Positions 8,833 to 19,141 of a stretch of 64,000 nt of DNA are shown piece by piece. Under the pieces are notes generated by a model. That model saw only the letters and a list, made by a program, of their open reading frames with translations. It did no database searches and was not told where the DNA came from. Source of the DNA: an uncultured Clostridium sp. (lineage in GTDB: Bacteria > Bacillota > Clostridia > TANB77 > CAG-508); assembly GCA_948470605.1 (NCBI GenBank), contig CAOKPI010000002.1:19015-83014 (forward strand), given 5' to 3'. A program made the position numbers and the translations under genes. The stretch's first letter is position 1, and every line of letters starts with the position of its first letter.

Positions 8833-11283
8833 ATGACATATAAATTTACCAACAGAGCCAAAAAGGCAATCGAATTGGCAAACGAAGCAGCCATTGAATT
8901 AGGACACAACTATATAGGAACAGAACATGTTCTATATGGTCTAACAAAAGAAGGAAGCGGAGTGGCTTCCAAAGTATTAGGAAATCAAGAGGTGACACCA
9001 GATGGGGTAATTGATAAAATTGTAGAATTAATTGGACAAGAAGAGCCAATCACAGAAACTTTAGGTTTTACCCCAAGAACCAAGAGAGTCATTGAAAATG
9101 CTTTTATCGAAGCAAGAAAATTAGGCTATAACTATATTGGAACAGAACATTTATTAATCGGGATTTTAAGAGAAGGAGACTGTATTGCAGCCAGAATTTT
9201 ATTAGAACTAAATGTGAATATTCCAAGACTATACAATGAAATTGTCAAAGTCATCAATGAAGGGGAAGACTTACAAGGAGAAGAAAGAGACGGAAATGTC
9301 GAAAGAAAAACGGGAAGCTATAACCAAACCACTACTTTAAATCAATTTGGAGAAGACTTAACCAAAAAAGCAACAGAAGGCAAATTAGACCCTATCATAG
9401 GAAGAAAAGAAGAAATTGAAAGAGTCATTCAAATTTTATCTAGAAGAACCAAAAATAATCCTTGTCTCATTGGTGAGCCAGGTGTTGGAAAAACAGCAGT
9501 AGTAGAAGGATTGGCTCAAAAAATTATAGCAGGCGATGTGCCAGAAATTCTAAAAGACAAAAGAGTTGTTAGTATGGACATTTCAGGTATGGTAGCAGGA
9601 GCAAAATATAGAGGTGATTTTGAGGAAAGAATCAAAAAAGCATTGGCAGAAGTAAAAAAGGCAGGAGATATTATCTTATTTATTGATGAAATGCATACCA
9701 TTGTTGGGGCAGGAGCAGCAGAAGGAGCAATTGATGCCGCTAATATCTTAAAACCAATGTTAGCAAGAGGAGAAATTCAGCTAGTAGGAGCCACTACGTT
9801 AAATGAATATCGAAAATATATTGAAAAAGATGCTGCTTTAGAAAGAAGATTTAGTCCCGTTAATGTCAATGAGCCAAGTGAAAAAGATAGTATGCAAATA
9901 TTAAAAGGAATTCGAGATAAATACGAAGCTCATCATGGTGTAAAGATTACAGACGATGCCATTGAAGCAGCAGTAACGATGTCAGTTCGTTATATCAATG
10001 ATAGATTTTTACCAGACAAAGCCATTGATTTAATTGATGAGGCAGCATCAAAAGCAAAATTAAAAACTTTTACAGAGCCAGATAGTTTAAAGGAATTAGA
10101 AGAAAAAATAGAAGAAGCCCAGAAAGATAAAGAAGAAGCCGTTAGAACACAAAAATTTGAAAAGGCGGCAACTTTAAGAGACAAAGAAAAAGAATTAAAA
10201 GAAAAATATGAAAAAGAACAAAAGAAATGGAAAAATAAAAATACCAAACAAGTAACCGACATAGCAGAGGAAAACATAGCAGAGGTTATCAGCAATTGGA
10301 CAGGAATTCCAGCTAGCAAAATCACAGAAGATGAAAATGTTAGATTAAAAAACTTGGAAAAAAATCTACATGAAAGGGTAATTGGTCAAAATGAAGCAGT
10401 GGAAGCAGTAGCGAAAGCCATTCGTAGAGGAAGAGTTGGCTTAAAAGACCCGAAAAGACCAATCGGTTCCTTCCTATTTTTAGGACCAACAGGTGTGGGA
10501 AAAACGGAATTATCCAAAGCCTTAGCAGAAAGCTTATTTGGTGATGAAAATGCTATGATAAGAGTCGATATGTCAGAATTTATGGAACCACATTCGGTAT
10601 CCAAATTAATAGGTTCACCTCCTGGCTATGTTGGTTTTGATGAAGGCGGTCAATTAACCGAGAAAATAAGAAGAAAACCGTATTCTGTCATTCTATTTGA
10701 CGAAATAGAAAAAGCACATCCAGATGTCATGAATATGTTATTACAAATTTTAGAAGATGGACGTTTAACCGATAGTCAAGGAAGAACGGTAAACTTTAAA
10801 AATACAGTTATCATTATGACTTCTAATATTGGAGCTAGACTAATTACCGATAAAAAAGCATTAGGTTTTAGTCAAGTTAGAAGTGCAGAAGAAGATGCGA
10901 AAAAGGAATACGAAGAAACGAAAAGAGAAGTAATGGATACCTTAAAGAGAGAATTAAGACCAGAGTTTATTAATCGTATTGATGAGATTATTGTGTTCCA
11001 TAAGTTAACCGATACAGAAATTAGTGATATTATTGATATTATGCTAAAAGAGGTAACCAATCGATTGGCATTACAGAAGATAAAGATTGAACTAGAACCA
11101 GAAGTAAAAGAACTGATTGCTAGTAAAGGAATTGATAAAAATTTTGGAGCAAGACCTCTTAGAAGAACGATTCAAAGTTTGCTAGAGGATAAGTTGGCAG
11201 AGGAGATTTTGGATGGTAATTTGAAGAAGAATAAACTAGCTAAGGTTGGTGTAAAAGAAGAAAAAGTTGTTGTGAAAAAGTAA
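8833..11283 (+). CDS. clpC: ATP-dependent Clp protease ATP-binding subunit ClpC
   Basis: It has two N-terminal Clp-N repeats, two AAA+ modules (GEPGVGKTA and GPTGVGKTE), a UVR linker, and the sensor-2 motif GARPLRR. Confidence 0.95.
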   Translation: MTYKFTNRAKKAIELANEAAIELGHNYIGTEHVLYGLTKEGSGVASKVLGNQEVTPDGVIDKIVELIGQEEPITETLGFTPRTKRVIENAFIEARKLGYNYIGTEHLLIGILREGDCIAARILLELNVNIPRLYNEIVKVINEGEDLQGEERDGNVERKTGSYNQTTTLNQFGEDLTKKATEGKLDPIIGRKEEIERVIQILSRRTKNNPCLIGEPGVGKTAVVEGLAQKIIAGDVPEILKDKRVVSMDISGMVAGAKYRGDFEERIKKALAEVKKAGDIILFIDEMHTIVGAGAAEGAIDAANILKPMLARGEIQLVGATTLNEYRKYIEKDAALERRFSPVNVNEPSEKDSMQILKGIRDKYEAHHGVKITDDAIEAAVTMSVRYINDRFLPDKAIDLIDEAASKAKLKTFTEPDSLKELEEKIEEAQKDKEEAVRTQKFEKAATLRDKEKELKEKYEKEQKKWKNKNTKQVTDIAEENIAEVISNWTGIPASKITEDENVRLKNLEKNLHERVIGQNEAVEAVAKAIRRGRVGLKDPKRPIGSFLFLGPTGVGKTELSKALAESLFGDENAMIRVDMSEFMEPHSVSKLIGSPPGYVGFDEGGQLTEKIRRKPYSVILFDEIEKAHPDVMNMLLQILEDGRLTDSQGRTVNFKNTVIIMTSNIGARLITDKKALGFSQVRSAEEDAKKEYEETKREVMDTLKRELRPEFINRIDEIIVFHKLTDTEISDIIDIMLKEVTNRLALQKIKIELEPEVKELIASKGIDKNFGARPLRRTIQSLLEDKLAEEILDGNLKKNKLAKVGVKEEKVVVKK

Positions 11284-11287
11284 AAAA

Positions 11288-11325
11288 AGGGGAGACCTCA
11301 TATCAAGGTCTCTTCCCGATTTTGA
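11288..11325. terminator. bidirectional terminator after clpC
   Basis: The stem is gggagacct..aggtctc, followed by TTCCCGATTTT. Confidence 0.6.
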
Positions 11326-11605
11326 TGGACAGAATGCTCCACCAACTATTCTTATGGCCTGTAGGACCAAAAAGATAGTGTCTCATTTTAGGGGGATAAA
11401 TTGCTAATAAAATTCCCCATCCTAATCTGAGAACAATTTCCAGTTCATGCGGATGATCGTGATATTTCACAATGCTGCCTACACGGAAACGTTGTAAGCG
11501 TATCCGCAAGTACTTGGTGTCAATAAGAAGCAATTCTTTTCCTTCGGCTTCATCGCTATTAACAAATGTAGTGGAAGGAATGGATGTCCATTTTTCTTTA
11601 AACAT
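11303..11605 (-). CDS. cupin-domain protein with atypical GC-rich codon usage, including an in-frame CGG
   Basis: The cupin motif G-SIVKY-H-D-H-PHELE-IVLRLGWG is present. An AAAGGAG RBS lies 7 nt upstream of the ATG. Codons such as CGC, CTG, GGC and CGG are uncommon elsewhere in the window. Confidence 0.45.
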   Translation of the reverse strand: MFKEKWTSIPSTTFVNSDEAEGKELLLIDTKYLRIRLQRFRVGSIVKYHDHPHELEIVLRLGWGILLAIYPPKMRHYLFGPTGHKNSWWSILSIKIGKRP

Positions 11606-11859
11606 AAGTTGCTCCTTTCTGCCAGAAGAACTGGCAAATGCTACCAACAGTTGATTCATTATCATAATAACATATATTTACATAAAAATCAAACAGCGAA
11701 AATAGTTAATAATTTAAGGAATAGAGAGGTTCGTAAGAATTGTTGCAAAAAAGCAACTAATAGCGAAAAAAAAGGAAAAGAAAACAATAGAGTCACAAAA
11801 GAGCAATTTATGCGATGAAAAGTATCAAAAAAAGCTTGAAATTCAAAGAAAAATATTAT

Positions 11860-11897
11860 AAAATGCAAATACAGTTTAATTGTATTTGCATTTTTTC
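11860..11897. terminator. bidirectional terminator
   Basis: The stem is aaatgcaaataca..tgtatttgcattt, followed by a T run. Confidence 0.6.
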
Positions 11898-11914
11898 AAA
11901 TCTAAATCATTTTA

Positions 11915-12148
11915 TTATTTTTCATCCGAAAAACCAGCTAACCATGCAGGAGAAACCCCAAAGAAATTAGCCAATTTACGAATACCAGTTGGACCAATTT
12001 TGGTAATTTGCCCATTTGCATATTTAAAAATAGTACTTTTTGATTTAAAACCTAAACCTTCAGCCATTTGATTATAAGTAAGTTTAGATTCTTTTATTAA
12101 ATCTTTTAATCTTTCAATAAAAATTTCATCCAATATAAAAACCTCCAT
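11915..12148 (-). CDS. XRE-family HTH transcriptional regulator
   Basis: It has the HTH region LTYNQMAEGLGFKSKSTIFKYANG and the FGVSPAWLAG motif typical of Cro/C1-type regulators. Confidence 0.7.
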   Translation of the reverse strand: MEVFILDEIFIERLKDLIKESKLTYNQMAEGLGFKSKSTIFKYANGQITKIGPTGIRKLANFFGVSPAWLAGFSDEK

Positions 12149-12391
12149 AATTCATCATAGTAAAATTATAACATTTATTTTTATTTTTGTAAATAAAAAG
12201 TCGAAAAAAAGGATAAAAGGATATTACTATTGGATTTTATTCGGTTTATAAAAAGGTTTGTTCATTTGTTTTCTGTAAGATTATGATTATTATATTTCAA
12301 TCACATTATTTTTTATTAATTACAAAGAATATAAGAAAAAGATTTTTATATCAGGTATCACAAAAAATGAGACAAAAAAATCATCTAAAGA

Positions 12392-12420
12392 TTGACAAAA
12401 GACGAAAGATGTAGTAAAAT
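12392..12420 (+). promoter_or_regulatory. sigma-A-type promoter for the divergent small HTH gene
   Basis: TTGACA, a 17-nt spacer, then TAAAAT. Confidence 0.5.
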
Positions 12421-12451
12421 GTTTTCTAATAACAAACGAAAAGGAGGAAAA

Positions 12452-12691
12452 ATGATGGAACCAGAAATAGTAGGAAAAAGAATTAGGCAACTAATGGAAA
12501 AAAATGAAATAGAGGTAGAACAACTAGCTGATAAAATGAAATTAAATGTAACAGATTTAAAAAACAAATTAGATGGTAAAGAAGAATTTTATATTGATGA
12601 AATGATGAAAATAAAAACGATATTTCAATTAAGTAGTAGCGATTGTGACCAATTATTCTTTCAAGAAGAGATAGAAACAGAAAAAATTTAG
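12452..12691 (+). CDS. small XRE-like HTH protein
   Basis: A GGAGG RBS is present. The sequence VGKRIRQLMEKNEIEVEQLADKMKLNVTDL is HTH-like. It is divergent from the XRE gene at 11915-12148. Confidence 0.5.
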   Translation: MMEPEIVGKRIRQLMEKNEIEVEQLADKMKLNVTDLKNKLDGKEEFYIDEMMKIKTIFQLSSSDCDQLFFQEEIETEKI

Positions 12692-12762
12692 AGAAAACAA
12701 ATTTTGTAAAAAGCAACATTACAAAAAGATTGCAACAGAAAATATATTTAACGAAAACACCG

Positions 12763-12800
12763 AAAACTTAAAATACGTAAATTTAAGTTTCGGTGTTTTT
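12763..12800 (+). terminator. strong rho-independent terminator
   Basis: The stem is acaccgaaaacttaaa..tttaagtttcggtgt, followed by TTTTT. Confidence 0.7.
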
Positions 12801-12898
12801 AGATGATTTATTGATACAAAAGTTATCTTAAAAATATACATAAGGTTGCAAAACCCAAAAAACATGATATAATAGGACTACAAAAAAATAAAAAATGG

Positions 12899-14782
12899 GT
12901 GACAAACATGTTAGAAAAGATAAACTCGTCAAAAGATATAAAAAAGCTAAACATAGAACAAAAGAAACAATTAGCAGAAGAGATGAGAAAATACATATTA
13001 GAAATTGTATCCGAAAATGGAGGACATCTAGCTTCTAACTTAGGTGTGGTAGAATTGACGATTGCACTACACAGTGTATTTGACGTGCCAAAAGACAAAA
13101 TCGTATGGGATGTAGGACACCAGACATATGTACACAAAATCATAACAGGAAGAAGAGAAGAACTAAAAACCTTAAGAAAATTAAATGGATTGGCAGGGTT
13201 TCCAAAAAGTAAAGAATCAGATGCGGATTGTTTTAATACAGGACACAGTAGTACCTCTATTTCTGCTGCTCTTGGCATGGCAAGGGCAAGGGATATCAAA
13301 GGAGAGGACAACTCCGTATTAGCTGTTATAGGAGATGGCGCATTAACAGGAGGCATGGCTTTAGAAGCTCTTAATGATACTGGATGGAGTAAGACAAAGA
13401 TGACAGTTATCTTAAATGATAATGAGATGAGTATCTCTAAAAATATTGGTGGTATGAGTATGTTGCTTAGTAAATTACGAACCAAGAGGTCTTACAACAA
13501 ATCCAGTGATGCCGTTAAAAAGATGATTTTGAAGATTCCAAAAATAGGAGATGCTATTGTCAAAATAGTTATCAGAGTGAAAAGAAGTATTAAACAATTG
13601 GTGATTCCAAAGATGTTTTTTGAAGATATTGGTTTTCGCTATTTAGGACCAGTGGATGGGCATGATATAGCAGAATTAGAAAGAATGTTGAAGATTAGTA
13701 AGCGATTAAATGAACCAGTTTTGCTTCATGTTTTGACGAAAAAAGGAAAAGGCTATTCAATTGCAGAAAAGAATCCAGACAGATTCCATGCTACTGGACC
13801 ATTTGATTTAGAAACAGGAAAAAGTAAAAAAGAAAAGAAAAAAGATTATTCAAAAGTATTAGGAGAAAAATTAGTAGAGTTAGCTAAAAAAAATGATAAA
13901 ATTGTTGCTATTACAGCTTCTATGAAAGATGGGACAGGTCTTACTGAATTTGCTAAAGAGTTTCCAGATAGGTTTTTTGATATCGGAATTGCAGAACAAC
14001 ATGCCGTTGGAGTAGCGGCGGGTATGGCAAAAGAAGGAACTATACCAGTTGTGCCAATTTATGCTTCTTTTTACCAAAGAGCTTATGACCAAGTAATCCA
14101 TGATGTGGCAATGCAAGATTTGCCAGTCGTGATGTGTGTTGATCGAGCAGGCGTAATAGGAGCAGATGGAGAAACCCATCAAGGAACATTAGATATGTCA
14201 TTTTTTCGATTAGTTCCTAATTTGACCATTATGGCACCAAAGAATTTTAGAGAATTAGAAAAAATGTTAGAATTTGCGATTGACTTAAATAAACCAGTTG
14301 TTATTCGATACCCAAGAGGTGGAGAAGATGAATATAAAATGGAAAAACTGGAAAAATTAAATTTTGGAAAAGCAGAGATATTAAAAGAAGGAAAAGATGT
14401 AACCATCATAGCCATCGGAAAGACAGTAGCAAGAGCTATGAAAGTAGCAGAAAAAATTGAAAAAGAACAAAAGGGCATTTCAGTTGAGGTCATTAATACT
14501 AGATTTTTGAAACCGATTGATAAAGAAACAATCAAACAGTCAATTAAGAAAACGAAAAATGTGATAACGATGGAAGATGGAACTATTATGAATGGACTAG
14601 CTACAGCTGTAGAAGAAATTATACAGGAAGAAAAATTACAAGGAGTCAAAATGAAACATTATGCATATCCTGACCAGTATATTGAACATGGTAGTGTAGA
14701 GGAATTAGAAAAGATTTATGGAATGGATGAAGAAACAGTCATAAGGAATTTTAGGAAACAATTCGAAGAAGTTACTGTTTAG
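12899..14782 (+). CDS. dxs: 1-deoxy-D-xylulose-5-phosphate synthase
   Basis: It has TPP-binding motifs (GHSSTSISAALGMA and GDGALTGGMALEALN) and a transketolase-like C-terminus. The start is either GTG at 12899 or ATG at 12908. Confidence 0.95.
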   Translation: MTNMLEKINSSKDIKKLNIEQKKQLAEEMRKYILEIVSENGGHLASNLGVVELTIALHSVFDVPKDKIVWDVGHQTYVHKIITGRREELKTLRKLNGLAGFPKSKESDADCFNTGHSSTSISAALGMARARDIKGEDNSVLAVIGDGALTGGMALEALNDTGWSKTKMTVILNDNEMSISKNIGGMSMLLSKLRTKRSYNKSSDAVKKMILKIPKIGDAIVKIVIRVKRSIKQLVIPKMFFEDIGFRYLGPVDGHDIAELERMLKISKRLNEPVLLHVLTKKGKGYSIAEKNPDRFHATGPFDLETGKSKKEKKKDYSKVLGEKLVELAKKNDKIVAITASMKDGTGLTEFAKEFPDRFFDIGIAEQHAVGVAAGMAKEGTIPVVPIYASFYQRAYDQVIHDVAMQDLPVVMCVDRAGVIGADGETHQGTLDMSFFRLVPNLTIMAPKNFRELEKMLEFAIDLNKPVVIRYPRGGEDEYKMEKLEKLNFGKAEILKEGKDVTIIAIGKTVARAMKVAEKIEKEQKGISVEVINTRFLKPIDKETIKQSIKKTKNVITMEDGTIMNGLATAVEEIIQEEKLQGVKMKHYAYPDQYIEHGSVEELEKIYGMDEETVIRNFRKQFEEVTV

Positions 14783-14876
14783 TTCTTAGTACTTTTTATC
14801 AGAAAATTGATAATGAATAGTAATACTAGTCAGATGTGTTAATCTGGATATAATAAAGAAAGGAAACAGGAAAAAG

Positions 14877-15680
14877 ATGGATAAACAGCAACTATTAAAA
14901 GATTATAAAAAACAAGAAGATAAAATGTGCTTATCGCAAATATTAGATAAGATAGAATTTTCTAAAATGAGAGGAAAAATAGAATATACTGATTTTTTAG
15001 ACATGTATCAAATTTCTTTGGTAGAAAATTTCTTACGAAAAATCAAATTTGAAAATTATCAGTTATATGGGGGATATGAGGAAGCAGAAAGAAAAATTTT
15101 CATTGTTTTCCCAGATAAATATGATAAAAAGATGTTGGAAAAAAATTATCATAAAATGGTAAAAATAGTAAGAATTGAGCTGCCAGAAGAGGAACAAGGA
15201 AAATATTCTCATAGAAACTATTTAGGAGGCATTGTTAAACTAGGGTTAAAGAGAGAAAAGGTAGGAGATATTATAGTCAGTCAACAAGGGGCAGATATAA
15301 TTACAGTAGAAGATTTTGCAGATATATTAAAACAACAATTGCCATCACTGACAAGATTTGAAAATAGTTGTGTAACCATAGAAGAAATTTCCCAATTGAG
15401 GCAAAGAGAAATAAAAGTGGAACAAGTAAAAATTATAGTTCCTTCTTTAAGATTGGATAATTTTGTATCGGATTTAGCAAAAACCTCTAGGAGTAAAGCT
15501 TGTCAAATCATTGACCAAGAAAGAGTTTTTATAAATGGACAAAATGAGACAAAAGCTTCGAAACCATTAAAATTAAAGGATGTGATTACCATTAGGGGAA
15601 AAGGTAGGTTCATGATACAAGAATTTGCTGGCACAACGAGAAGTGGAAGAACGGTTGTCATAGTTGAAAAATATGTGTAA
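14877..15680 (+). CDS. YlmH-like RNA-binding protein with a C-terminal S4 domain
   Basis: The C-terminal S4 region is LRLDNFVSDLAKTSRSKACQIIDQERVFINGQ. The size of 267 aa matches YlmH. Confidence 0.65.
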   Translation: MDKQQLLKDYKKQEDKMCLSQILDKIEFSKMRGKIEYTDFLDMYQISLVENFLRKIKFENYQLYGGYEEAERKIFIVFPDKYDKKMLEKNYHKMVKIVRIELPEEEQGKYSHRNYLGGIVKLGLKREKVGDIIVSQQGADIITVEDFADILKQQLPSLTRFENSCVTIEEISQLRQREIKVEQVKIIVPSLRLDNFVSDLAKTSRSKACQIIDQERVFINGQNETKASKPLKLKDVITIRGKGRFMIQEFAGTTRSGRTVVIVEKYV

Positions 15681-15721
15681 AATGGAATTGTATATTGTCG
15701 AAAAAATACGATGAAATTTTC

Positions 15722-15750
15722 TTGACAAATGTTTTTATGGGATATATAAT
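15722..15750 (+). promoter_or_regulatory. consensus sigma-A promoter
   Basis: TTGACA, a 17-nt spacer, then TATAAT. Confidence 0.55.
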
Positions 15751-15806
15751 CTGGGTATTAGCTGTAGATAATACATGAAAATTGTAGAACGAAAGGAGGT
15801 AGAAAT

Positions 15807-16151
15807 ATGAAGCAAGAAGAAAGAGATGAACTGTTAATTAAGATAGTAAATGGACAAGAGGAATTATATAAAAGACAAGAAGAATTATTTAAAGGGCAGA
15901 AAGAATTAGTTAAAGGGCAAGAAGACTTATCTAACAATCAAAAAGAAATGAAAGAAGAATTAACAAGACTTGGAAATACAGTAGCAAAAATAGAATATGA
16001 GCATGGAACCAAAATAGACTTGATATTGGACGTCATAACAGGACATGGAGAAAGATTAGAGGAATACAGCAAGAGATTTGAAAAAGACGAAAAAATCATA
16101 GAAATGCAAGGATATAAGATTTTTGGAATAGAACAAAAAAACAAGACCTAA
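15807..16151 (+). CDS. hypothetical coiled-coil protein with repeated QEEL/KGQ heptads
   Basis: 114-aa ORF with an RBS. It is followed immediately by a terminator hairpin at 16151-16189. Confidence 0.45.
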   Translation: MKQEERDELLIKIVNGQEELYKRQEELFKGQKELVKGQEDLSNNQKEMKEELTRLGNTVAKIEYEHGTKIDLILDVITGHGERLEEYSKRFEKDEKIIEMQGYKIFGIEQKNKT

Positions 16152-16261
16152 AAGCCTATTTTATACACTGTACCAAAATAGGCTTTTTATCACTAAATTA
16201 TTTTAATTCTACAACGGTAACACCAGTTTCTCCCTCGCCAAAAGTTCCCAAGCGGAAAGAT

Positions 16262-18578
16262 TTAACATGAGGATTTCCTTTTAAAAATTGATGAATACCG
16301 ATTTCTTAATTTTCCAGTACCCTTACCATGAACAATTCTGACTGTTTGAAGCTTACTAAGAGAAGCATCATCTAAAAATTTATCAATCACAAAAATAGAT
16401 TCTTCCACATGTAATCCAATCACATTTATTTCTGATTTTATCATTCTGGTTTTTGAAATAGAAGAAACACTCGTATTATTTACAGCAGAAGAACTGGTAT
16501 TTTTATTCGTTTTATGGGGTAATGTTAGGAATGCAACTGACACATTCATTTTTAAATTTCCCACTTGTACTTGAACCTCATTGGATTTAGAAACATGAGA
16601 AAGCACGATACCATTTTGACCAAAACTTGTTATAAATACTTCCATATTTGGTTTAATATCCTTTGCTTCTAAAGCATTTTTTGAATTGGTTAAAGGATGG
16701 ATAGTATTTGTCATAGCAGTGAGAGGAATCTCTTTAATCTTAACATTTAATGTATTCCTAGCATTTTCTAAATCTTTTCTATTTGTAGAAGAAGACATTT
16801 CTTTTATCATGTGATTGGCATCTTCTTTTGCTTGTATCAAAATATTCCTAGCTTCTATTTTAGCATGTTGGATGATATCTTGTTCTTGTTGTTTTAATTC
16901 TTTATTTTCTTTTTCTAAAGATTTTCTTAAATTAGAAATACGTTCTAACTCCTGCGAAATTTGTAATTTTTCTTTTTCTAGGGAAGATTTGTTATCATAA
17001 ATATTTTTTAATAAGTTTTCGATATCAATTTGATTCGATGTCATAAAAGATTGGGCTTTTGCAACAATAGCTTCATCTAATCCCAATTTTCGACTAATGG
17101 CAAAAGCATTACTTTTTCCAGGAATACCAACTAGTAGTTTATAAGTAGGGCTTAGTGTGGAAAGATTAAATTCAACAGAAGCATTTTCAAAACCATCTGT
17201 TACTAAAGCATATTGTTTTAATTCCTGATAATGAGTGGTAGCAATTGTCAAGCTTCCCATTTCTTTAAAATAGTCTAATAAACTAATAGCAAGATTAGCT
17301 CCTTCTAAAGGGTCAGTACCAGAACCCAATTCATCTACTAAAATTAAGGAATTTTCAGTAGCTTGTTTTGTAATTTCTACGATATTTAGCATATGAGAAG
17401 AAAAAGTGCTCAAAGAATCAAGAATACTTTGGTCATCTCCAATATCAGCAAAAATTTGGTCAAAAACATAAACGCTAGAATTTTCATCACAGGGAATATT
17501 AAGACCACAGCATGCCATACAAGTTAAAAGACCGACGGTTTTTAGCGTAACCGTTTTACCACCTGTGTTGGGACCTGTGATTAATAATACAGAAAAATCA
17601 TTGCCTAAATCGATTGAAATAGGAACTACTTTTTCTTTATCAATAAAAGGATGCCTAGCATTTTTAAAATGGATTTCTTTTTTGGTAGTAATGATTGGTG
17701 TAGTAGCTTTTAGCGAGTTTGAGAATTTTGCTTTGGCAAAGATAAAGTCTAATTGGGCAATTAAAGTAACATCTAATTCTAATTCTTCACGATAAGGAGA
17801 AAATAATTCTGTTAATTCTTGCAGAATTTTTTCTATTTCTAATGTTTCTTCTTTTTTCAAACCATTTAATTCATTATTCATTTCAAAAACAGAAATAGGC
17901 TCGATAAAAACAGTAGAACCAGCATTAGAAATATCATGAATAAACCCTTTTATTTGAGAACGATATTCCTCTTTTATAGGAATGACAAATCTGTCATTTC
18001 GAAGGGTAACAATATTTTCTTGGATATATTTTGAATAAGTAGATGAGTGAAGCATGTCATTTAGTTTCGCTCGAATGTCTTGTTCTAATTTTTTTTGTTT
18101 TTTTCGTAAGGATTGTAATGTTTTGGAGGCTCTGTCATCGATGGTATCTTCATCCAAAATGCATTTTGATATTCTATCTGTTATACTTTTATTAGTATAT
18201 AGTTTTGAAAACAGATTAGCCAAAATGGGGTAGTCCGAGTTATCTAAAAAATCTTTCTTAAAATAATCTTTTAATTCTTGTGATAGCTGAAAAATATGAG
18301 CTAGATTTAAAAGAGATTTAGCAGATAAAGGATGATGGCTCTCTATTTTTTTTAATGCTATGGTAATGTCAGCAATTTCAAAAAAGGAAGGAGTGGTATT
18401 ACGGTAGGATAAATTAACAGCTTCACCGCGTTTCTTGTAACAGCTGTTCAACTTTTGCTTTTTCAATGCTAGGTACTAGGGTAGAAGCAAGTTGTTTTCC
18501 TTGTTTGGTAATACAAAAATTGCTTACCATTTCTACGATTTTATAAAATTCTAATTTTTCTAAAAAGTTTGTATTCAT
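16262..18578 (-). pseudogene. mutS2: endonuclease MutS2, disrupted by two +1 frameshifts near 18426-18428 and 16298-16300
   Basis: The true N-terminus MNTNFLEKLEFYKIVE..LLQET, with an AGGAGA RBS, runs into TGA right after CGG. The 734-aa central frame carries the MutS ATPase motif GPNTGGKTV. The Smr C-terminus ([23 protein letters not shown]) lies in a third frame. Each junction reads NNN-CGG-stop or continues as NNN-(C)GGT. Confidence 0.85.
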
Positions 18579-18652
18579 GATTCATCTCCTAAAAATTGAT
18601 AGTAGTATTATACCTAGATTTCTGATAATAGTCAATGTCAATTAACAGGTTT

Positions 18653-19043
18653 GTGACAAGAGGGGCGCCCTTTTTTGTCACACAAAATAATTCAAAAAAG
18701 GTTATTATGATTTTTTATTTGCAACTCCCAACATCACACAGTCTGTAAATTTTTAACAGACTGTAGTTCGTCGGTCCCCACGAATTGTTGCTTCATAAAA
18801 AATATAATAACCTTTGTGAGAAATAAAGGAAATGTGACAAGAGGGGAGTCCTTTTTTGTCACATAAAATAATTCAAAAAAGGTTATTATGATTTTTTATT
18901 TGCAACTCCCAACATCACACAGTCTGTAAATTTTTAACAGACTGTAGTTCGTTGGTCCCCGCGAATTGTTGCTTCATAAAAAATATAATAACCTTTGTGA
19001 GAAATAAAAGAAATGTGACAAAAAAGGGCGCCCCTCTTGTCAC
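18653..19043. repeat. tandem array of 2.15 copies of a 181-bp unit; each unit begins with a GTGACAA..GGGCGCCC..TTGTCAC hairpin and contains the ~110-bp core repeat
   Basis: Units start at 18653, 18834 and 19015, with about 95% identity between them. The terminal hairpin is inverted. The core matches the repeats at 25786-26007 (reverse complement) and 28104-28222. Confidence 0.8.
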
Positions 19044-19141
19044 AACCTATTAATTATGCACTTGCAAAAAAGACGAACTTATGATATAAAGGAAACAGAG
19101 AAAAGATAGAAAGAAAAACATCAGGAAAATGAGGTGAAAAA

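Noticed and set aside
12150-12900. T-box or other riboswitch upstream of dxs or the HTH genes
   Set aside because: Only promoter hexamers and a simple terminator hairpin are present. No specifier or antiterminator architecture was seen.
16262-18578. CGG codon reassignment (for example to Gln or Trp, as reported for some low-GC lineages) explaining the broken genes
   Set aside because: Reading CGG as any amino acid does not help. In three of the seven sites the next 0-frame codon is a stop. In all seven the conserved protein continues only in the +1 frame.
18653-19043. Possible CRISPR array
   Set aside because: The repeat period is 181 bp with about 95% identical units and no short repeat/unique spacer alternation. 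No cas genes are in the window.
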